From Planctomycetota bacterium (lineage in GTDB: Bacteria; Planctomycetota; GCA-002687715; CAIWVZ01), in the NCBI GenBank assembly GCA_044222185.1, contig JBGANV010000001.1:960001-1024000 (forward strand): DNA of 64,000 nt, given 5' to 3'. Made by a program: the position numbers and the translations under genes. Of this stretch, positions 10,136 to 17,491 are shown in pieces. Each line of letters starts with the position of its first letter. Position 1 is the first letter of the stretch. The notes beneath the pieces are model-generated. The model did no database searches and had not been told where the DNA came from. It saw only the letters and a program-made list of their open reading frames with translations.

Positions 10136-10845
10136 GACGAGCCTCCCGCAGCGCCCGGAATCGGCAACGTCACGAGGATGCGCGTTCCAAGTCCGACCGC
10201 GCTCTCGCACCGGACGGTCCCACCGTGCTGTTCCACGATTCGCCGGGCAAGGCATAGGCCCACGCCCTGTGCCCCGGGGCGAGTGCTCGAGAAAGCATCG
10301 AAAACCCTCGGAATGAAGGCAGGGTCGATGCCGCGTCCAGTGTCGATCACGCGCAGTTCGATGGTCGCCGCCGTCGTGAAAGTCTGTGCCGTCAGCGTCC
10401 CGCCCCCGTCCATCGCCTGAAGCGCGTTGTGCAGGAAACTCATGAGAGCCTGGCGAAACCACGCCGGATCGATGTCGACGGGCTTCAGTCGACGGTCCAG
10501 TTGAAGAACGCTGGTGACGTTCCGCCGCGACATGTCGGCCTGCACCGAGGCGACCGCATCCTCGATCAAGGAGTTCAGATCGACGGGTGCGAGCGAGAGC
10601 TCCGGCTCGCGTTGAAGGCGGACGAAGTCGCCGATGATGCGCTCCATGCGTCCGGCCTCGATCACCAACGCCTCGACGCGCCGCAGGCTCTCGTTCGAGG
10701 CTTCATCCTTCCTTCCTGCGAGTTCCTCCCGCAGGAGCGCGAGCGTCATGACGATCGTCGAGAGCGGGTTCTTGAGCTCCTGAACGACGGCTGCACTCAG
10801 CGCGTCCAACTGCTCGAGTCGTGAATTCTGACTTCCCTGGCGCAT
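10132..10845 (-). CDS. Sensor-less histidine kinase-like protein (HisKA + HATPase_c) with His replaced by Gln
   Basis: H-box reads VVQELKNPL (codon CAG). HNALQAM, DTGRGI, GVGL boxes. No input domain. Confidence 0.85.
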   Translation of the reverse strand: MRQGSQNSRLEQLDALSAAVVQELKNPLSTIVMTLALLREELAGRKDEASNESLRRVEALVIEAGRMERIIGDFVRLQREPELSLAPVDLNSLIEDAVASVQADMSRRNVTSVLQLDRRLKPVDIDPAWFRQALMSFLHNALQAMDGGGTLTAQTFTTAATIELRVIDTGRGIDPAFIPRVFDAFSSTRPGAQGVGLCLARRIVEQHGGTVRCESAVGLGTRILVTLPIPGAAGGSS

Positions 10846-10935
10846 GTCGCGTCCGTGATCGGTGCGGTAGATTAGGCTCGCCTGCAGCGCGGCTCAACAC
10901 GCGACCGGAACCGGCGGTATGCGTGTGGGCACGAG

Positions 10936-12021
10936 ATGACGCAACCGATGCCCGAAATCCACACGCTCATCGACGCGACCACGACCGCCCGTGCGATCGA
11001 AACGGCAGGGGCCGCGCTCGACGCGGGCGGAGTCGTCCTCGTCCCGACAGATACGGTCTATGGGCTCGCGTGCCGTGCGGCCTTCCCCGCCGCGGTCGAT
11101 CGGATCTTCGCGATGAAGGGGAGGCCCGCGGACAAACGTCTCCCCTACCTCCTCGCGGACGCCGAACAGGTCGAGACGTTCGTCAACTCGGTCCCAAGAC
11201 GAGCTCGCCGACTCATGGCCCGGTTCTGGCCCGGAGCTCTCACACTCGTTCTGGGGGCGGAGGGTCGGACCGTCGCGCTCCGAGTTCCGGATCACGAGGC
11301 TCTCCGCGCGGTCCTCCGCCGGGCCGCCGGGCCGGTCCAGGCGACCAGCGCCAACAAGTCCGGCGAGCCGGCCACGGTGCGATTCGAAGAGGCGTTCGCT
11401 GCCGTCGGGGCCCACGTCGACGTGGCGATCGACGGTGGAACTGCCTCCCGATCGCGAGAATCCACCCTCGTCCAGGTCACCGATGACGGCGTCGTGACCG
11501 TTCTACGGGAAGGCGCCATCAGCCGGGACGCACTCCGCACCGAGGTGCCGTTCACCATCCTGGTCGTCTGCACCGGAAACACCTGCCGCAGTCCCATGGC
11601 CGCGGCGGTCCTCACGAACGCCCTCGCAAACACACTTTCAGTGCCTCCACCTGCCCTCGAATCGGCGGGCTTCCGGGTCCTCTCGGCTGGCGTCAGCGCG
11701 ATCGACGGCTTTCCGGCGAGCCACGGGGCGCGCCAGGTCGTTGGAAGGCTCGGGCTGGATCTGTCCGCGCATCGCTCGAAGGCCCTGACCTCCCGCGCGG
11801 TGGACGACGCCGACCTGGTGCTGGTCCTGACGACGGAACATCGCGGTCGCGTTCAATCCCTCGTTCGCGGCGCCATGCCGCCGCCGGTCGAGCTCCTCGA
11901 TCCATCAGGGAAGGACATCCCCGATCCGTTCGGAGGAGGTCCCCAGGAGTACGCAGCGTGTCTCGATGCGATCGCCGCCGCCGTCGCCTCCCGCCTCCCA
12001 GGACTCGTTTCCCGGAACTGA
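10936..12021 (+). CDS. tsaC: TsaC/YrdC threonylcarbamoyl-AMP synthase fused to a low-molecular-weight (YwlE-like) phosphatase
   Basis: PTDTVYGL, KGR, TSANKSG (TsaC); CTGNTCRS and DIPDPFGG (LMW-PTP). Confidence 0.9.
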   Translation: MTQPMPEIHTLIDATTTARAIETAGAALDAGGVVLVPTDTVYGLACRAAFPAAVDRIFAMKGRPADKRLPYLLADAEQVETFVNSVPRRARRLMARFWPGALTLVLGAEGRTVALRVPDHEALRAVLRRAAGPVQATSANKSGEPATVRFEEAFAAVGAHVDVAIDGGTASRSRESTLVQVTDDGVVTVLREGAISRDALRTEVPFTILVVCTGNTCRSPMAAAVLTNALANTLSVPPPALESAGFRVLSAGVSAIDGFPASHGARQVVGRLGLDLSAHRSKALTSRAVDDADLVLVLTTEHRGRVQSLVRGAMPPPVELLDPSGKDIPDPFGGGPQEYAACLDAIAAAVASRLPGLVSRN

Positions 12022-12203
12022 GCGGCCGACGGAAATCGCTGGGCGCGGAGAAAAAAGGCCGCAAACGCAGCGTTCTGTCCGTATAGACACGTGCTCAGAC
12101 AAAAGTTGCCAGGGTTGTGTTCCAGCACGTAAAACGCTGAGATTCCATCTTTTTTCCTTTCTCCTATTCCAACGAGCAGTTTCCTTGGCAACGCTTCTTC
12201 GAC

Positions 12204-12234
12204 GCGCCCGGCAGTGAGCCGGGCGCTTTTTTTT
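12204..12234 (+). terminator. Rho-independent terminator
   Basis: gcgcccggc-agtga-gccgggcgc perfect 9-bp stem followed by T8. Confidence 0.85.
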
Positions 12235-12713
12235 GCCCGGACGAGGTTCCGACGGAGCTGCAGATGGCGGGGCGCGACTGTGGCGCGGGCTCAGGGACTA
12301 CCCCGGAAAAGAAACCGAGCCCCGCGCGGGCGGAACCGCGGGGGCTCAGGTGGAAGACGTCAGCGCTAGAGAGGGCGGTTGGGGAGGGAAATCAATTCTC
12401 CGGCAGCCAAGTCTCCGTCCCCGCATCCGGCCGCGCGCCAGAACAAGCCACGCGGTCGTCCACGAGAACGCGTGCGTTATACCCGCACGCTGCCGTTTCC
12501 GCCAGTGTGGAAAACTGGCGATCCAAACGTCCCAACGCCCGTGAAGAAGCCGGCTTACTCGTGCGCCGCGTCCACCGGCCGGTTGTGAATTGGATGTGAA
12601 GTCGCGCTCCCTTTCCGGAAAGCTGAGCGACCTCCAGCAGCCAACCCTGTCACTGGCAATGGGTTAGGCGTGGCGCACCGGATCGCGGCCGGCGGGCGCG
12701 CCCGCCGGACACG

Positions 12714-15488
12714 TCACCTGGACTTCACGATCCGAACCTCGCGGCTGGCTTTTTCGCCTGGACGAAGCTCGAACATCTCGTCCTTCACCTCGTAGCCGGC
12801 GCGCACGAGCGTGATCTTGATCTGTTCGCCGGCCGGGACCTTCGAGATCTCCAGCCTCCCCTGGATGTCCGTGTTTCCGCCGCCGGGCCGCGTCGGATTG
12901 ACTGGCACCGGGCGCTGCTGCGAGTCGAACACGCGTGGGATCACGGACGGCACGGGCTCGCCCAGATCATCCTTGACCACGAGCGAGATCGATGCGGCCG
13001 GACGCACGGTCTCGTTGTGTTGGAGCTGCTGACCGTCGGCGAGCGTCAACCGCACGGACGCGGGGTCCACATAGCCCGTGGATTCGAACTGCAGGAGGTA
13101 GTCCCCTGGCGGCAACCCCGCGACTCGGTATTCGCCCGACGTCGACGTGCGCGCGGACCAGAGCGTTCGGCCACCCGCGCCCGCGGGGACTCCCTTCACG
13201 TCGGAACCCACGAGCTGAACCTTCACCTCCATGTCGGGGATCGGCTCGCCTTGCGGCCCGCGGATCGCTCCGAAGATCGTTGCGCCGGATCGGAGTGGGA
13301 TCGTCCCGACGTCCGTCGTCGCCGACCCGTCGACCCGAAGCTCGACCGGCGTCGACGGAGCGAACTCCGTCGCCACGATCTCCAGGCTGTAGGTCCCCGG
13401 ATCGACGTTCTGGATGCGGAAGATCCCGCCCGGATCGTGGTACTGCTCCTCCGTGTTCGAATAGCCCGCCGTGAGGCCGCCGGTGCCCCCCTTCCGGTTG
13501 GGCCGTTGGCCGCCGCCTGCGGAGAGCGGGTGCAACAGGACGTTGAAATCCTGGACCGGAGACCCGTTCGGAGCGACGACGGCACCAACGACCATTCCAT
13601 GCCCGACCAACTGGAAGTCGACTGCGGTGGAACCAGCCTGGACGTCGTCACGCGGAAGCGACGTCAGCGACTCGGCAGCCTTCTCGGCCTTGACCCGGTA
13701 TGGACCCTTGTTGAGCCGAAGCAACCGGTAATCCCCGTTCTTGTCGGTGGTCGCCGAAATCGGCTGCTCGTTTCGCTCGAACCACCAGGCCAGGATGGAC
13801 GCCCCCTCCGACGGCATGCCGTCCTTGCCGAGCACCCGTCCCGTGATCGAGAAGGCCCGCTGAAGAGTGAAATCGTGGACGAGCTCTTCCTCGAGATCCT
13901 TGATCGTGAGGGTGACCTTGTCGACGAGGACGTACTCGGGATTGTCGACGCGGACGGCGTACTGGCCGGGCCACAGGAGATCGACCTTGAACGTGCCGTC
14001 CGGCCCGGTCGTGATCGTTCGGTGCCCTGGCTGTCCGACGTCCAGTTCCTTCGCGAACCAGACCGGCACGTATTGCGGGACCTCGATGTCCACCAGTGTG
14101 TTTGCCACCGGCGCGTGGTTTTCGTCGACGACGGTCCCTCGGATGATGGCCCCCCGCGGCAACTTGACCGAGAGGCCTTCCTTGATCTCGGCGGGTCCGA
14201 CCGTGAACTCGTCGCTGACGTTCACGGCCATTCCATCGGCCACGGCGGCGAGCTTGTACTTCACTCCCGCGCCCAGGTCGTCGACGAGGAACGTCCCGTC
14301 GGCGCCCGTCACGGCCTCCGCCGGGTTGCGAACGGGGTAGAACAGCGTGCGGTTCTCGGCGACGAAGACTTTCGCATTCGCGACCGGCGCGCCCATGCTG
14401 TTGGTGATGACCCCGGCGGCGCGGCCTGCGGGCTGGATCTTGAACTGGATCCGCGGTCCGTCCTTCGCCGGATCGAATCGATCGTCACCGGTGAGCGTCT
14501 TCACCTCGTTCAGGGTCGTGTATCGCTTCCCGGTGAGGCTGAACCGGATCGGAGCGGCCTTCACGCCCGTCAGGCGGAAACGGCCCTTCGCGTCCGTTTT
14601 CGACACCCAGCGCGGCACGAGCGTGTCCTGTGCGCGAACGGTGATGTCGGGGACCGGCGTCTGCTTGAGTGCGTCGAGGACCTCGCCTTCCACGACCAAG
14701 CCGAGGTGGACCTTGAAGTTCACGACGTTCTGGCTGCCCTGAACGATCGTGTGATCCTCGACCACGTCGTCGTAGTCCGGGTGATACAGCATGAACTTCA
14801 CGAGCTTCGCCGGTACGCCCTCGAACTGGAACTTCCCGTTCGCGTCCGTCAGGACCTCTTCCTTCCAGCGGAACGTCGCGTTCAGGTCCTTGTTGCTCTC
14901 GGGGGTCTGGAACCAGCCCTTGATGTTCACGTCCTTCACCGGCTTCCCGGAGTCGGCGTCGACCACCTGGCCGTTCACAGGTGTTCCGGCCAGCAGCGTG
15001 AAGTCGACGTGCGCTCCGACCGGCACCCGGTCCTTGATGGACGAGATGAACCCGGGCTTCGCGGCTCGGAGAACCAGGGTGTCCCCGATTCGAAGCTTCT
15101 TCAGGGAGTACGCCCCCTTGTCGTCGCTGACGGTGTACTCGACGACCTCCTCGCGCCAGCTGCGATCCGGTGGCCGGTTGCTGTCCCGGACGAAGTCGTA
15201 CCGGATGATCTGGACCGAGACTTCGGGGACGGGCTGGTTGTATTCGTCCTTGATCGTCCCCTCGATCACGTCCTTGGGCGGCTGCGCGGCGACCGGACCA
15301 GGCACGTCCGGGGTCGGAACGGCCCGATCCACGGTTGGTTTCGTGGCGGTGACAGGGTCCGGAGCGGTCACGGAGTGCGGTTGAGGCTTGTGCTGTCCAC
15401 CGGAATCACCACCGGTGAGCTGGATGCCGAAATAGACGGCGGCTCCGACCAAGGCCAGCACAAGAACCGCGGTTAGCGCGCGTTGCAC
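12714..15488 (-). CDS. Large exported protein with tandem carboxypeptidase-regulatory-like (beta-sandwich) domains
   Basis: AAGGAG SD before GTG at 15488, N-terminal TM, repeated 'G.V.D..G.PV....V...TD..G.F' units. Confidence 0.8.
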   Translation of the reverse strand: MQRALTAVLVLALVGAAVYFGIQLTGGDSGGQHKPQPHSVTAPDPVTATKPTVDRAVPTPDVPGPVAAQPPKDVIEGTIKDEYNQPVPEVSVQIIRYDFVRDSNRPPDRSWREEVVEYTVSDDKGAYSLKKLRIGDTLVLRAAKPGFISSIKDRVPVGAHVDFTLLAGTPVNGQVVDADSGKPVKDVNIKGWFQTPESNKDLNATFRWKEEVLTDANGKFQFEGVPAKLVKFMLYHPDYDDVVEDHTIVQGSQNVVNFKVHLGLVVEGEVLDALKQTPVPDITVRAQDTLVPRWVSKTDAKGRFRLTGVKAAPIRFSLTGKRYTTLNEVKTLTGDDRFDPAKDGPRIQFKIQPAGRAAGVITNSMGAPVANAKVFVAENRTLFYPVRNPAEAVTGADGTFLVDDLGAGVKYKLAAVADGMAVNVSDEFTVGPAEIKEGLSVKLPRGAIIRGTVVDENHAPVANTLVDIEVPQYVPVWFAKELDVGQPGHRTITTGPDGTFKVDLLWPGQYAVRVDNPEYVLVDKVTLTIKDLEEELVHDFTLQRAFSITGRVLGKDGMPSEGASILAWWFERNEQPISATTDKNGDYRLLRLNKGPYRVKAEKAAESLTSLPRDDVQAGSTAVDFQLVGHGMVVGAVVAPNGSPVQDFNVLLHPLSAGGGQRPNRKGGTGGLTAGYSNTEEQYHDPGGIFRIQNVDPGTYSLEIVATEFAPSTPVELRVDGSATTDVGTIPLRSGATIFGAIRGPQGEPIPDMEVKVQLVGSDVKGVPAGAGGRTLWSARTSTSGEYRVAGLPPGDYLLQFESTGYVDPASVRLTLADGQQLQHNETVRPAASISLVVKDDLGEPVPSVIPRVFDSQQRPVPVNPTRPGGGNTDIQGRLEISKVPAGEQIKITLVRAGYEVKDEMFELRPGEKASREVRIVKSR

Positions 15489-15910
15489 GTCAGAATCTCC
15501 TTGCCCCGGTCCGTTCCATCGTTCTCGCGGAGGCATTGAGCCAGCGCGTGAACCAGAACCTGGAGCCGGGTTTCGCACTCTTCTCGTTCCGGGGTTCTTC
15601 GAGCCCCCGCACGGCGATCCTAAAGTGTTCCAGGGCGCCAGGCAGGACAAGCGGTGTCCACGGGAACCATGGCGCGGAACGCCCACACGGACGTGGGGCT
15701 CGGCTGGTTCCTCGAGCGACTTCACCGCTGACGATCGAGACAACGCGGAACGAGTGGACGGTTTGCAGCTTCTACGGCTGTGATCCCATGCCGCTCCCCC
15801 GTCAAGCCGCCCCCCGTCGCCGGTCGATAAGCCGAATGATGACCGCGGCTTGAGGGGTTTCCCCCGTGGATTCCATCATTCCGCGGCGTCAGGCGACGCC
15901 GGAATCGACC

Positions 15911-16288
15911 ATGCAAGAGAACAGAGCATTCCCGCGCGTGTCAGGCAGTTGCCGGGTCGCATTCCGTGCGGTCGGCGACGATCCCATGTTCCGCTCCATG
16001 AGCGAAGGCAATGGCCTCATGCAGAACATCTCCGGCGGAGGCGTCTGCATCGGGGTCGCGGAGCCGGTTCCGGTGGGGACCATGCTGGCGCTCGACATCG
16101 ACCTGGAGGGCTTCCCCACCTCGGTGATCGCCCTCGGCAAGGTCGTCTGGTGTCGGCCGGGCACCGGCGAACAGGAAGTCGGCGTCGAGTTCTGGTGGAT
16201 CGGATGGCGGGACGAAGCCGCGCAGGCGCAGATCCGCACGTTCATCGCCAGGAAGCTTCGGGACGAGGCGGGAGTCAAGTCCGTCTGA
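15911..16288 (+). CDS. Stand-alone PilZ domain protein
   Basis: RAFPR (RxxxR) and NISGGG (D/NxSxxG) c-di-GMP-binding motifs. Confidence 0.85.
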   Translation: MQENRAFPRVSGSCRVAFRAVGDDPMFRSMSEGNGLMQNISGGGVCIGVAEPVPVGTMLALDIDLEGFPTSVIALGKVVWCRPGTGEQEVGVEFWWIGWRDEAAQAQIRTFIARKLRDEAGVKSV

Positions 16289-16290
16289 CC

Positions 16291-17421
16291 TCAGCGTTCC
16301 GGTATCCGCCAACCCGGTGCCAGGACCTCGTCGTAGAGCGCACAGATCTCTCTGACCAACCGCCCGGTCGAGAAGCGTGCCGCGACGTCCGCGCGGACGC
16401 TCGCCGCAACTCCCCCAGCTTCCGCCATCTCCACCACGGCCGCCGCGAGGTCTTCGGCACGCCGTGACACGACGCGTCCGGCGCGGGCATCGACGACGGA
16501 CCGGACTGCGCCGACGTCCGTGCTCACGACGGGGCGGCCGGCAATCTGAGCTTCGATGAGGCAGAGCGGCGTCCCTTCGCTCGCGCTCGTGAGCAGTACG
16601 AGATCGGCCGACGCGTAGAGGTGTGCCGGGTCTGCCACGAAGTCCGCGATCGTGGCTCGGCCGGCAAGGCGTGGATCGGCGGCGATCGCCTCCGCGATCG
16701 GCGCTCGCAGCGGCCCGTCGCCAGTCAGCGACAAGCGGAACCGATCTGGGAGGCGGCGGAGCACCTCCAGGGCGAGCCACGGGTCCTTGATCGGCACGAG
16801 CCGGACGGGAAGGAGGACTCGAACCGTTGGGCGCGCGGCGTCCACGCCAGGCACTGCTTCGAGATCGGCCGACGCGACCGCGGGCGCGATGGTCCGAACG
16901 CGCGCCGATAACTCCTTCCCGAGATGGCGTCTCACGTCCTCGAGCTGTGAGGCGGCCTGAACGATCAATACGTCGGATCGGCGGGCCGCCGCACGCTCCG
17001 CTGCGCGGACGGCCACGCGAGTCAGACCCCGGAAGTACCCCTCGAAGGTGTGCCCGTGATACGTGTGGATCACGCGCGCCACCCCAGCCCGGCGCGCCGC
17101 GACGCGCGCCAGGAACCCGGCCTTGCCCTGGTGCGTGTGGACGATGGACGGGCGCAGCGTTCGGAAGTGTCGCTCCAGCGCCCGCATGGCTCGCCAGTCC
17201 GCGGCGGGGTCGATCCTGCGCTGAAGCGACGACAGGACGATCCGTTCGCCTGAAACGTGGATCAGGTCCGCATGCTCGTCCGCGTCCGCGACGCCGGTGA
17301 AGAGGACCTGGCGGAAGCGGGCAGGATCCAGACCGTCCATCAATTGGGCGACGTGGCGCGTCGGGCCACCGACGTTCAAGCGCGTGATCACTCGGGCCAC
17401 CAGCGGTGCGGACGCGGACAT
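16291..17421 (-). CDS. Glycosyltransferase family 4
   Basis: ITRLNVGG, HTHQGKAG, SEGTPLCLIEA, TDVGA motifs. Confidence 0.9.
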   Translation of the reverse strand: MSASAPLVARVITRLNVGGPTRHVAQLMDGLDPARFRQVLFTGVADADEHADLIHVSGERIVLSSLQRRIDPAADWRAMRALERHFRTLRPSIVHTHQGKAGFLARVAARRAGVARVIHTYHGHTFEGYFRGLTRVAVRAAERAAARRSDVLIVQAASQLEDVRRHLGKELSARVRTIAPAVASADLEAVPGVDAARPTVRVLLPVRLVPIKDPWLALEVLRRLPDRFRLSLTGDGPLRAPIAEAIAADPRLAGRATIADFVADPAHLYASADLVLLTSASEGTPLCLIEAQIAGRPVVSTDVGAVRSVVDARAGRVVSRRAEDLAAAVVEMAEAGGVAASVRADVAARFSTGRLVREICALYDEVLAPGWRIPER

Positions 17422-17491
17422 CGTTCGATGGTAACGGGCGCGCGGTCCTCGCCCATTTCGGAGGGACGCTCCCCCCGGTACTCTCAACCCC

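Noticed and set aside
13017-15476. 819-aa plus-strand ORF and similar long antisense ORFs (17504-19144, 31021-32799, 38599-41046, 46739-48700, 51195-52769)
   Set aside because: Mirror frames of well-supported genes with no motifs; expected at this GC content
15489-15910. ECF-type promoter or ncRNA in the 420-bp divergent spacer
   Set aside because: Only weak GGAAC…CGT matches, not distinguishable from chance
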